Positions 42,701 through 51,258 of a DNA stretch of 64,000 nucleotides are shown here, piece after piece. Both the position numbers and the translations under genes were made by a program. The notes beneath the pieces are model-generated. The model worked only from the letters and a program-made list of their open reading frames with translations, did not search any database and was not told the DNA's origin. Source of the stretch: Bacteroidia bacterium (GTDB taxonomy: Bacteria > Bacteroidota > Bacteroidia > UKL13-3); the NCBI GenBank assembly GCA_041675505.1, contig JBAYTR010000015.1:4972-68971 (forward strand). The letters are read 5' to 3'. Position 1 is the stretch's first letter, and the number at the start of each line of letters is the position of its first letter.

Positions 42701-44181
42701 ATGGAATTTTTGACCCATCAAAGGCAACACGATTAGGAAAAGGCTTGCCCAATATTCTGAAGTATACTTTCACCAACACATACAACTGCACTGCTGCTGA
42801 TACCGTTCATCTGGTAGTTTACCCGCTTCCTGCAACCCGATTGACTGCTCCTGACTCAGCTGTTTGTGAAAACCATGCTCCCGTTGCATTTAACGGTACC
42901 CCTAAAGGAGTGGGAGGAGTGTATTACCTTAATGATAAAAATTTAGGGCCGGCACAGCCATTTTTTGAGTTTGACCCCAACAAACAGAACAATCCGAATG
43001 TGTTGGAAGGAATAAATTGGGTGAAGTATTATTATACCGATGTGAACGGTTGTAAAAAAGCGGATTCACTCAGAATACGTGTTCAGTTGATGCCTGATGT
43101 AACATTGATTTCGCCACCCGGAGCATTGTGTGAAGGAGATACATTCACTCTTCGAGGAACCATGAGTAAAACAAATTCATTCAGATGGTCAACATCAGGA
43201 GATGGTAAATTCACCGGACAGTTTTCTAATATTACGGATTCAACTTCAACAGACAGTGTTGTCAATTACACACCCGGAGCAAATGATATTTTCAATCAAG
43301 GCTGCTTCGTGAGATTGATATCAACCGACAATGGTATATGCCCCGCTGATGTAGAACAAAAGCCGATAAAAATTGAGGTTAAGCCTTCAGGAGACTTTAC
43401 TGCTATTCAGGAAGGGTGCGAGCCTTTTACTACTTTCTTTGACGGGGCGTTCACCGGCTATCAATACATTCGGTGGAATTTCGGAGACCTAACTTCACCT
43501 TTGGTGGGGGATGAAGATCCTGTTCATACCTACGTGAAGAAGGGCTTGTATGACGTATCGGTTTATCTTCGTTCTCCTGCCGGATGTGAACAAACCATCA
43601 CTAAACCACAGTTTATAAAAGTGAACCCAACACCGGTAGCCTATTTTGAACCCGATAAAAAGAAATCGACTATTGCACTGCCTCGTTTCACGTTCTTTAA
43701 CAAGAGTACGAATTATACAGAGAAAGACAGTGTAACCCTGATGTGGAATTTTGGAGACCCCAAGTCGGATGTAGATACTTCAGGTACAAACAATCCAACC
43801 TACACCTATGAGCCGTCTATTGGTAAATACATAGTTACATTGAACGTAACTACAAATAAAGGTTGCACTTCTGATTACTCAGATACCTTGCTTTTGGAAC
43901 CTGATATTACTGTATTTGCTCCCAATGCTTTCAGGCCACAAAGTGCTCAGGACCGTAACCAGAAGTTTTACATTGTGGTTGACGGAGCAATGACCTATCA
44001 CTTGGATATATTTAACCGTTGGGGAGAATTGGTGTTCAGCTCTGATGATCCGGAAGAAGGCTGGGACGGCCGTTATCAGAATATCAACAGCCAGCAAGAT
44101 GTTTACGTGTGGCAGGTGAATGTAACCAGCTACAGCGGAAGGCCGTATAAATATTCCGGAACAGTTACCCTGATCAGATAA
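39706..44181 (+). CDS. Giant (1491 aa) SprB-repeat/PKD-like cell-surface protein with a type B T9SS C-terminal domain (gliding-motility-associated CTD).
   Basis: Signal peptide. Multiple ~90 aa repeats end in a G/N-C-x2-x-D-S/T-x-x-V/I-x-V motif (SprB-repeat-like). The C-terminus (..FAPNAFRPQSAQDRNQKFYIVVDG..DIFNRWGELVF..GWDG..YVWQV) matches the CHU_C/type B T9SS sorting domain. Confidence 0.8.
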   Translation: MEVTMKRTLLLTCLLILSTFAVRASHIAGSDMEFQCLGKDTFKVVYRIYRDCRGVPLGNFLPITLNTVGCTPNRMATTNLVKDSVVKLRYLCDDKTTICEGGSFQFGIEEHIFSGIIILSQLFPGGLDSNCCRVKATWTDCCRNGAINNIVNPGTTGFMIDGEINRCIKPCNSSPTFTNKPVAVICTGVPFCMNMGVVDNIDRDSISYEPTTPLNSNGQPVQFIPPYSANMPTQVLGGNASLPYPAGFHVDSVTGNICFTPTATLMTFVLAVKVIEWRKIDGVYVKIGETRRDMQMFAYQCPANASPKIEVNGSTTGPWSFQACVGEALCLSIRALDTDTGPAKYDSTRLSWNRGIPTASFTNSNTPNFQIRWDEAQFCWTPGDQHVSSLPYYFILKAEDDNCEVPATTQRPISIFVRPRPLGNRTYQKISCSKYSLNVQLTNTQNVDSTKVTYEWRVANAGNGTFSLLTSTMYTTKYAEHTFTNGGYFVIRARLVAPPCTTFYFDTVYVDTPVKAIAQPDTFVCAGKSVQLSAYATNGDSPYKYKWTPAGGNDSSLQYSFLPTGNTVCVFEVTDSIGCKAYDTVNVEMKALPNVNLGPDRRICFKDSILFDGGDNNGAGLIRFTWSSPRGTANERMIYAPDSGQYAVEVTDSFNCVNADTALLFINREVKAQAGPDDTLCIYDTDTLRGSGGETYEWHEVSNPSVILSNQALLPLNLLQVGVKAYVLKVGVTYNGVTCYDYDTVFITTRPLPVITFSNRNVKFCLTDSWLNPGTKTGVQPVSNTATGDYGYWTISDATKQNCFEKDSTKQEFGWVKLNCLGVNQAPNPPSWKLVYVFRDRFGCINSDSVDVVILPLPIVWAGIDRVECGNKDSIAIIPYPNFGVGSEWLSPPSPNTNVPNPVLEYLPLTRKHTYYPSRAQQNHYDTLVYKGTDNNGCENTDTAIIYIKPVPEVDAGKLSAVCHFDNPVNLNTVAGATPSGGMWNAEILSPPVTGLDTNGIFDPSKATRLGKGLPNILKYTFTNTYNCTAADTVHLVVYPLPATRLTAPDSAVCENHAPVAFNGTPKGVGGVYYLNDKNLGPAQPFFEFDPNKQNNPNVLEGINWVKYYYTDVNGCKKADSLRIRVQLMPDVTLISPPGALCEGDTFTLRGTMSKTNSFRWSTSGDGKFTGQFSNITDSTSTDSVVNYTPGANDIFNQGCFVRLISTDNGICPADVEQKPIKIEVKPSGDFTAIQEGCEPFTTFFDGAFTGYQYIRWNFGDLTSPLVGDEDPVHTYVKKGLYDVSVYLRSPAGCEQTITKPQFIKVNPTPVAYFEPDKKKSTIALPRFTFFNKSTNYTEKDSVTLMWNFGDPKSDVDTSGTNNPTYTYEPSIGKYIVTLNVTTNKGCTSDYSDTLLLEPDITVFAPNAFRPQSAQDRNQKFYIVVDGAMTYHLDIFNRWGELVFSSDDPEEGWDGRYQNINSQQDVYVWQVNVTSYSGRPYKYSGTVTLIR

Positions 44182-44204
44182 AATAATGTACGTGTAATAA
44201 GTGA

Positions 44205-44239
44205 ATAAGACGAGGTAATTTATCTCGTCTTATTTTTTT
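44205..44239 (+). terminator. Rho-independent terminator, with stem ATAAGACGAG / CTCGTCTTAT followed by TTTTTT.
   Basis: A perfect 10-bp stem and a T-tract lie directly after the stop of the 1491-aa gene. Confidence 0.75.
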
Positions 44240-44250
44240 ATACTTGAAGC

Positions 44251-45642
44251 ATGAAATCAGCTAATCGGGTAAAACCAATTTTTCTATTATCACTTTTTCT
44301 CAGTGTATTTGCGGCACCCATTTATGCGCAGCAGCATAATGATTCACTTGTGGTGAAGCAACTGTTTAATGAAGCACTAAATAAAGGTAAAGCATACGAA
44401 AACCTCAGGTATTTATGTAAAAATATCGGGCACCGCTTGAGTGGTAGCGCAAATGCACAAGCTGCTGTTGAATACACCAAACGATTAATGACAGAGTATG
44501 GGTTTGATAAAGTATACCTGCAACCTGTTTCAGTTCCTAAGTGGGTAAGAGGTGAAAAAGAACAAGCCAAAGCGATACTTTCAAACGGGAAAAGTGTACC
44601 CTTGAGAATACTTGCCTTAGGCAATTCAAAGGGCACCGGACCAGAGGGAGTCAAAGCACAGGTTGTAGAAGTAAAAACACTTAAGCAGTTGGATTCGTTG
44701 GGTGAAAAAGAGATTAAGGGCAAGATTGTATTTTTTAACCGACCAATGAATCCTTCTTTCATTACTACTTTTGAGGCGTATGGAGATGCAGTTGACCAAC
44801 GCTCTATAGGGGCGAGTATGGCGGCAAAGTACGGTGCTGTTGCGGTAATCGTAAGGTCCATGACTCTTGCTCATGATACTTTTCCGCACACGGGGGCATT
44901 GCGGTACATTGATTCCCTGCCTCAAATTCCTGCAGTTGCTATCAGCACAAATGATGCGGATGTTCTAAGCATTTTTGTTAAAAAGGATAAAGGAGTGGAG
45001 GTGTATTACAAAACACTTTGCGAAATGCAGGGCGAGGTAATGTCATACAACGTGGTGGGAGAAATAAAGGGAAGCAAATACCCCGAAGAAGTCATAGCAG
45101 TTGGCGGTCACCTCGACTCTTGGGATGTGGGAGAAGGGGCACATGATGACGGAGCCGGCTGTATACAATCAATTGAAGCATTGCGCCTATTCAGGTCGCT
45201 GGGTATAAAACCTGCGCGCACTATAAGGTGTGTTATGTTTATGAACGAGGAAAATGGTTTAAGGGGTGGTAAGGCATACGATGAGCAAACCAAGGGAGAA
45301 AAGCATATTGCGGCAATTGAATCAGACCGAGGAGGGTTCACACCCAGAGGATTTTCAATTGATACGGATAATGCAGCGCACGTTCAAAAGATTAAAAGCT
45401 GGAAACAAACACTGAGTGCTTTTGGTTTAGATAAAATAGAAGCAGGAGGGGGAGGAGCCGATATAAGTTTTCTGAAGCAACGCGGGTGCACATTAATTGG
45501 TTTTGTTCCTGACTCGCAACGGTATTTTGATTTTCATCATGCGTCAACAGATGTATTTGAAGCAGTAAACAAAAGAGAACTGGAGATGGGCGCTGCCTCA
45601 ATGGCTGCGCTTATCTGGTTACTTAGCGAGAACGGGCTCTAA
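44251..45642 (+). CDS. M28 family zinc peptidase (aminopeptidase) with a signal peptide.
   Basis: Signal peptide. HLDSWD..GAHDDGAG..NEENG.. is the M28 metal-binding pattern (H, D, E, D, H). Confidence 0.8.
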   Translation: MKSANRVKPIFLLSLFLSVFAAPIYAQQHNDSLVVKQLFNEALNKGKAYENLRYLCKNIGHRLSGSANAQAAVEYTKRLMTEYGFDKVYLQPVSVPKWVRGEKEQAKAILSNGKSVPLRILALGNSKGTGPEGVKAQVVEVKTLKQLDSLGEKEIKGKIVFFNRPMNPSFITTFEAYGDAVDQRSIGASMAAKYGAVAVIVRSMTLAHDTFPHTGALRYIDSLPQIPAVAISTNDADVLSIFVKKDKGVEVYYKTLCEMQGEVMSYNVVGEIKGSKYPEEVIAVGGHLDSWDVGEGAHDDGAGCIQSIEALRLFRSLGIKPARTIRCVMFMNEENGLRGGKAYDEQTKGEKHIAAIESDRGGFTPRGFSIDTDNAAHVQKIKSWKQTLSAFGLDKIEAGGGGADISFLKQRGCTLIGFVPDSQRYFDFHHASTDVFEAVNKRELEMGAASMAALIWLLSENGL

Positions 45643-46023
45643 TTTTGATTGCAGCGTATTCATATTTAAAGGCTTCGATAACATAGCCTCAATGTTCTTA
45701 ATGTTGGCAGCATTTAGTTTATCTTCCAAATCAATGGAAGAGGAGAGTATAAATATTTTACTTTTCTCCACAAAAGCAGGGTTTTGAAGCGTAAGTTTTT
45801 CAGCCAGTTCAAACCCGTTCATGTCAGGAATTTGCAAATCAATCAGGAATATTACATCAGTTAGTTTTTCCTTGTTTGTTTTGATGAACTCAAGCGTAGG
45901 TTGTGATTCTGTAAACGTGTAAACATCTTTGCACAGTTCCGACAGTTCAATGAAACGCTTGTTAATCAAAAGATCTATATCACTGTCATCTACAAGAACG
46001 AAGGTGTATTTTTGTGTTCCCAT
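45619..46023 (-). CDS. Stand-alone response regulator receiver (CheY-like) protein.
   Basis: REC-domain pattern: acidic pocket VLVDDSD, the phospho-acceptor Asp region (..IFLIDLQIPDMNG), and the conserved Lys. Confidence 0.8.
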   Translation of the reverse strand: MGTQKYTFVLVDDSDIDLLINKRFIELSELCKDVYTFTESQPTLEFIKTNKEKLTDVIFLIDLQIPDMNGFELAEKLTLQNPAFVEKSKIFILSSSIDLEDKLNAANIKNIEAMLSKPLNMNTLQSKLEPVLAK

Positions 46024-46031
46024 GTATTGTG

Positions 46032-47114
46032 TTAATCTAATGCAGGAATTAATATTTTAAAGGTTGTCCCCATGGTTTGATTTGATTCAACATCTATACT
46101 GCCTTTCAGTTTAGTTACGGCTTCTTTTACAATATATAAACCAATTCCTGAGCCGCTGTTGGGGTTATTTCCTCTGAAAAACATTTTAAATATATTGTCT
46201 TTTTCTCCATCCTTCAGGCCGATACCGTTATCTGATATAACGATGCTACATTCTTTTGAAGTGCAGGTAATATTTACATCAATAGTACTTTTCACTTTGT
46301 CCTTATCGTGGTACTTTACAGCATTGGATATAATATTACTGAGAATAATGCGGAGTTTGATGGGGTCTGATTTAAAGTTCGATACCTGATTGATATGAAT
46401 ATTGAAATCAATTTTGCTGAAACCCGGCATAAAGTTGAGTGATTCAGTAATATCTCCTATGAGTTTATTAAAGTCAATAGCACCAATATGAAAATCACTA
46501 CGGGAGTTTTTATAATAATCAATAATACTCAGAATAAACTTGTCAAGTTTGTGAACTGACTGCTCAATGAGTTTAAGGTACTGGTTGCTGTTTCCTGTTT
46601 CTAATTCTGATAACTGCACAATTCCGAGTATGGACATAAGCGGTGCGCGTAAATCATGCGAAGCACTGTAAACAAATTTATCCAGCTCATCGTATGCTTT
46701 TTGTAGCTCAGTATTTCTTTCCCTTAATTCTTTCCGGGTTTTGTAAATATCATAAGCATTTTCAATGGCAGTTCTTACATAACCATTATCCCAGGGTTTA
46801 TCAATAAAGCGGAATACTTCTCCTTTGTTGATGGAGTCAATAGCGGCATTTATATCACTGTACCCGGTGATAAGTATTCTTAGCGGCTCTGAGTACTGGT
46901 GACGTATTTTCTCAAAAAACTGCACACCCGTCATTACCGGCATACGTTGATCTGCCAGAACTATATGAATTTCATGTTTTGCAAGAATTTCTTCAGCTTC
47001 TGCAACAGAGGTTGTGGTGTAGATATTATACTCTTTGCGGTATTCCGCCTTAAAGCCGTTAAGGTTTGCCTCCTCATCGTCAATATAAAGAAGATTGATA
47101 TGCGGTTTTGGCAT
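46032..47114 (-). CDS. Hybrid response-regulator/histidine-kinase (N-terminal REC, then HisKA, then HATPase_c).
   Basis: REC (LLYIDDEE..ADQRMPVMTG), an H-box (SASHDLRAPL), and an ATPase G-box (GSGIGLYIV). Confidence 0.85.
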   Translation of the reverse strand: MPKPHINLLYIDDEEANLNGFKAEYRKEYNIYTTTSVAEAEEILAKHEIHIVLADQRMPVMTGVQFFEKIRHQYSEPLRILITGYSDINAAIDSINKGEVFRFIDKPWDNGYVRTAIENAYDIYKTRKELRERNTELQKAYDELDKFVYSASHDLRAPLMSILGIVQLSELETGNSNQYLKLIEQSVHKLDKFILSIIDYYKNSRSDFHIGAIDFNKLIGDITESLNFMPGFSKIDFNIHINQVSNFKSDPIKLRIILSNIISNAVKYHDKDKVKSTIDVNITCTSKECSIVISDNGIGLKDGEKDNIFKMFFRGNNPNSGSGIGLYIVKEAVTKLKGSIDVESNQTMGTTFKILIPALD

Positions 47115-47128
47115 GGTGAAAGGTAATA

Positions 47129-49288
47129 TTATTTGAGCAATTTAGGAAGTTTTATAACAAATTCAGCACCTTCGCCCGGAGAAGAGTTTACCTGTATGCT
47201 TCCCTTGTGCATTTCAATAATCTTGTACACAATAGATAAGCCCAGCCCGGTACCTTCTCCCACTTCTTTGGTAGTAAAGAAGGGGTCAAACATGTTGGAC
47301 TTTACCTCATCGGTCATGCCCATGCCGGTATCAGCAATTTTCACTACCACCATATCGTTCTCGAAAGAAGTGCTTACCGTTATTTTTCCATGCCCGTCTT
47401 TAAAATTTCGTATGGCATATATACTGTTATTGAGCAGGTTCATAAAAACCTGGTTGAGCTTGCCCGGATAACATTCTATATCAGGAAGACTACCCAATAC
47501 TTTTTCAATTTTTACTTTATCTCCCAGCTGGTTGTTAAGCAATATGAGTGTGGAAAGAATGCCTTCATTAATGTTGGCGTGTTTTATCTCCGCTTCATCA
47601 AGTCGGGAGAAGTTCTTGAGGCCCTTTACAATTTCCACAGTTCTGGATGCGCCCTCTTCCATTCCTTTGAGCAGCATTTCAATTTCTTTGCGTATATAAT
47701 CGTAATCAATTTCTTCTTTGAACTGCTTAATGTTGGTCATTAGAGATTTGATTTCATCTGCGGTGAAATTCTCTTGAAGCAGATCATATTTTTCCAGAAT
47801 GGCAATGAGGTCGTCCACATCCCTTCTTAACGGACGGATGTTGGAGCTCACAAAGTTGATGGGATTATTTATTTCATGTGCAATACCCGCTGTAAGTTGT
47901 CCAAGCGAGGCCATTTTTTCTGCATCTACCAGTTGTGTTTGTGCGTCTTTTAATTGCGTAAGTGCGTTGCTTAAATCAGTGTTCGTTTCCTGAAGTTCAA
48001 GGGTTCTTTCCTCTACTTTTTGTTCCAGAATAATGTTTTGTTCGCGCACTATACGCTCATTTTCCCTTAGCGCCATCAAGGCCTCTTCTTGCGATTTTTC
48101 TTTTTCTATCTTCAGAATATTGATTCTGTCAGCAAGTGCAATGGAGAGCAAAATGGCCTCAATAGCAGAGCCAAACTGGATGGACGATGAGGTGATGTTA
48201 TTAAAAGGCAATACACCCACATCCTTTAACACAAAAACAACAATACTCAGCAGAAAAGCCGACCAGGCAATAATGAAGAAAAGTGCCGGACGAGAATTAA
48301 ATTTGATTCTCACATATATGGCAGCAAAGAGCATGGCAAATGTTAGTCCCAGAGCAAAAAGGTTGAGCAGGTTATAGGCAATGTGTTTTTGTTCGCCCAG
48401 CCCCACAAAAAGCGGAATAAAATAGAGCACGCAAAACGTAAGTAACAGCTTATTGATTTTTGGCGTGAGGTTTTTTATATCCAGAAATTCGCGAAGAAAT
48501 CCGATAGAGGTGAATGCCGTGAGACAAGAGAAAAGGAACATGCTGTACTTTTCAAAAGCAGGCCACTCAGGCCACAGGTATTTGAAGCCGTACCCTTTTA
48601 TACTTATTTGTGTCAATGCAACGGAAAGAATGTACACGATATAAAAGAAATAGATGCGATCTCGTACACTAAAAAGGAGAAAGAGGTTATAAAGAAAAAT
48701 CACCAACATTATGCCGGCATATAATCCAAAACCCATGTCATCAACCAATCCGGCTTTATAACCTGCCTTGGCAGACCCGAAATAGACGGGTACCTGCATT
48801 TCACTATAGGAGTTGAGCAGTAAATAGCACTCAAACACAGTTGGGGTGTCAGTCACGGGCAAATCAAAGACATAGTTCGGGTTATCGTACGTTCTTTGGC
48901 TGTAGAAATTATTTTTGCTGATAGTAGTTGCGGAAAACGGATTGCCTGCTGAACGAGTATAGAATGTAATATTTTCCAGCATGGGGTTGGCAACATTTAT
49001 CACCATTCTGTTTTGCGCGCTGTTGCTGGCCATAAACTTCACCCACAGGTTAAAAGTTGAAACCTGCTCATGTGGTATTTCCGTTTTAATTTCTTTAAAA
49101 CTTTGCCCGTTCTTACTTACTGCTTCAATGTCGAGCAGGTTTGTTGTATCCTGAAATACCAGCAAATGATTTTTGTTCAATAGAATAAACGGATCATTGG
49201 CAGCAACAGAGACAATATCGGTTTGAGAAAAAACAAAAAATGAAGTAAGACTGAATACTAATGCAAAGTAGAGTTTAAGTGTTTTCAT
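47129..49288 (-). CDS. 7TMR-DISM family sensor histidine kinase (periplasmic DISMED2 domain, 7-TM module, HisKA, HATPase_c).
   Basis: Signal peptide, a periplasmic beta-rich domain, seven predicted TM helices, a coiled coil, an H-box (GIAHEINNPINF) and a G-box (GTGLGLSIVYKI). Confidence 0.85.
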   Translation of the reverse strand: MKTLKLYFALVFSLTSFFVFSQTDIVSVAANDPFILLNKNHLLVFQDTTNLLDIEAVSKNGQSFKEIKTEIPHEQVSTFNLWVKFMASNSAQNRMVINVANPMLENITFYTRSAGNPFSATTISKNNFYSQRTYDNPNYVFDLPVTDTPTVFECYLLLNSYSEMQVPVYFGSAKAGYKAGLVDDMGFGLYAGIMLVIFLYNLFLLFSVRDRIYFFYIVYILSVALTQISIKGYGFKYLWPEWPAFEKYSMFLFSCLTAFTSIGFLREFLDIKNLTPKINKLLLTFCVLYFIPLFVGLGEQKHIAYNLLNLFALGLTFAMLFAAIYVRIKFNSRPALFFIIAWSAFLLSIVVFVLKDVGVLPFNNITSSSIQFGSAIEAILLSIALADRINILKIEKEKSQEEALMALRENERIVREQNIILEQKVEERTLELQETNTDLSNALTQLKDAQTQLVDAEKMASLGQLTAGIAHEINNPINFVSSNIRPLRRDVDDLIAILEKYDLLQENFTADEIKSLMTNIKQFKEEIDYDYIRKEIEMLLKGMEEGASRTVEIVKGLKNFSRLDEAEIKHANINEGILSTLILLNNQLGDKVKIEKVLGSLPDIECYPGKLNQVFMNLLNNSIYAIRNFKDGHGKITVSTSFENDMVVVKIADTGMGMTDEVKSNMFDPFFTTKEVGEGTGLGLSIVYKIIEMHKGSIQVNSSPGEGAEFVIKLPKLLK

Positions 49289-49294
49289 ACAGTT

Positions 49295-50017
49295 TTATTT
49301 TGCAGCGGCTCTTTTTAAAGTGAGATCAATATTTACACAGGCCTTTCCCTTTGGTCCTTCAGCAAATATCTGTTGTATCGGTTTATTCAGCAAATTCACC
49401 ACCTCTTGCCGCTGTTCTTCCGCTGCAGTGCTTAATAAAGGCACATCATTTATAACCAGCGAGGTGGCCACCAGGTCAAGTTTCGGGTAATAGAATGTAC
49501 CCTCTTTACCTATAGAAGTTTCAATCACAAATCCATAGGTTTTGGCCATAGCCACAGTGTAGGGCGCACATAAAACAAACAGGGAGCCCATGTCAAGCAT
49601 TCGTGCCAAAGTTACTCCCATGCGGGTAAGTAAAATGCTCAAGCCATGGCCGGCTATGTCTTTGGAGTTCCATAGTCCGCATAATTCTCCGGTTTTATTT
49701 TTGGCATATTCTGCCACCAGCGGGTATATCTTGGTATCTACTATTCCTATGGCTTCTTCAATAGGTAAGGGTTGGGTGTCATTGGCAATATGTACTCTCT
49801 CCCCACCATAAGTATGTTTTCCATCTTCAGATTCTACTATGATAACAAAAACTCCCGGATTATAAAACCAGTCGTTTTTTGCTGAGGTAACTTTGGTTAC
49901 GCCATAGTCACGTAAAACATTCGCATGTCCTTCCGCAAAACGCCTGCACGATTCAACATCATCAGGTGCTCTGAATACTCTTACGCGTATGTTTTTTTCC
50001 CTTTTCTGATCTTTCAA
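49295..50017 (-). CDS. GNAT-fold acyltransferase-like protein (240 aa) of unknown specificity.
   Basis: Motif A-like KDIAGHGLSILLTRMGV and motif B-like TVAMAKTYGFV. It has a 4-bp ATGA overlap with the upstream E1-like gene. Confidence 0.5.
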   Translation of the reverse strand: MKDQKREKNIRVRVFRAPDDVESCRRFAEGHANVLRDYGVTKVTSAKNDWFYNPGVFVIIVESEDGKHTYGGERVHIANDTQPLPIEEAIGIVDTKIYPLVAEYAKNKTGELCGLWNSKDIAGHGLSILLTRMGVTLARMLDMGSLFVLCAPYTVAMAKTYGFVIETSIGKEGTFYYPKLDLVATSLVINDVPLLSTAAEEQRQEVVNLLNKPIQQIFAEGPKGKACVNIDLTLKRAAAK

Positions 50018-51150
50018 TGGCGATTTTGTTTGATGGCTAGGTCAATATCAAAATATAATCTGCCAGACAGTGTTGCTTGTTTTAAAAGTATTTGCCTGCA
50101 CGCTTCAGTAGTTATTGCTCCTCCGAGGAATACTGCTGAAGAAAGCTGAGGCCAGGAAACAATAGTTTTACCGTATTCCTTCATGGAGAATTTTAATCTT
50201 TCCGAGATATTCTCCGCACTGATTATTTTCATCACTATCGGAAGTTTTTCCTGTGGTGTGAGGTTGCTCAACTCCTGATAAGAAATATCTCCGACCAAAC
50301 CATGCAGAACGGGTAATGTATTGTCCAGATCAAATCGTTCAATGTCCAGCATTCCGCGGTCATTGGTATCCATTACTACCGGTATTCCATGTTCACGTGC
50401 TTTGAGTCTGCACAACAATTTAATATCGAGGCTATCACATTCATCTACCAATATATCCAATTTTCCCCCGTCACACAAAAACGATTCTATATTGTCTTCG
50501 GTAACCCCGTTTTTAAATATTTTGAGTTGAATAAAGGGGTCCAGCTCTGATATTCTTCTTTGTGCAATAACCCATTTGGGCAGGCCTATTTCATGTATAC
50601 CGGCCTCCAGTCTGTTCATGTTGCTCAGGTCGAGCGAATCAAAATCAGCAATTCTGATTTCACTGCACACACGTTCCATGGCCAAACAAACGGCAATGGT
50701 CATTCCTACCGATAAGCCAATTACACCTATCTTTTTTGATTGCAATTCGACTTGTTCTTCCCGGGTGATTTTATACAGATTTCTGCTGGTTCGCAGCTCC
50801 ATATATTCTTCCTCATCAAGCAAATGAACCAGTTTCTTGCTCCAGGGGTAATATACCCATACCCCATATTCCTGTAGTGAGGTACCTTTAAGAAGGTCTG
50901 AAAGAAAATGTTCTTTATTTAATTGAACAGGAGGAATGTGTGGATTACGAATTCGTTGCAACTCAAAAAGCTGTTCTTCTATAGTGTCATATACTTCGCA
51001 ATCCGTTACAGATTGAAAGAGTTCTGACAAGCGAGCCTTGTCCTGTTCCTTGCTCAAACGGAAAAATTGAGGGGTATCCTCAGTAGAAAATACACTATCC
51101 TTTGCCGCACCTCTTTTCAGACAGACGGTAATATCGTCCGACATTTTCAT
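50014..51150 (-). CDS. E1-like (ThiF/MoeB/HesA fold) adenylyltransferase with a ~125 aa N-terminal extension.
   Basis: Rossmann nucleotide loop with the Mg-binding Asp and the SNxNR arginine-finger region (IGVIGLSVGMTIA..IRIADFDSLDLSNMNRL), then a Vxxxd.vDxxD...Ln..c motif. It lacks the C-terminal CxxC zinc motifs of MoeB/ThiF. Confidence 0.7.
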   Translation of the reverse strand: MKMSDDITVCLKRGAAKDSVFSTEDTPQFFRLSKEQDKARLSELFQSVTDCEVYDTIEEQLFELQRIRNPHIPPVQLNKEHFLSDLLKGTSLQEYGVWVYYPWSKKLVHLLDEEEYMELRTSRNLYKITREEQVELQSKKIGVIGLSVGMTIAVCLAMERVCSEIRIADFDSLDLSNMNRLEAGIHEIGLPKWVIAQRRISELDPFIQLKIFKNGVTEDNIESFLCDGGKLDILVDECDSLDIKLLCRLKAREHGIPVVMDTNDRGMLDIERFDLDNTLPVLHGLVGDISYQELSNLTPQEKLPIVMKIISAENISERLKFSMKEYGKTIVSWPQLSSAVFLGGAITTEACRQILLKQATLSGRLYFDIDLAIKQNRH

Positions 51151-51258
51151 TCGCTTAATTTTTCAGCAAATTAGAAATTATTCGATGAATTATTGTATGA
51201 AGGCCATGAATATTTGAAATTTTAGTAAAAAATTGTTTTAAGACCTTTAATTTTGTGT

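Noticed and set aside
51193-51207. A five-codon micro-ORF (MAFIQ) in the leader of the E1-like gene, considered as an MccA-like precursor.
   Set aside because: MccB-type chemistry needs a C-terminal Asn and this peptide ends in Gln. A 5-codon ORF in AT-rich leader DNA is expected by chance. It is kept only as a note inside the E1/GNAT finding.
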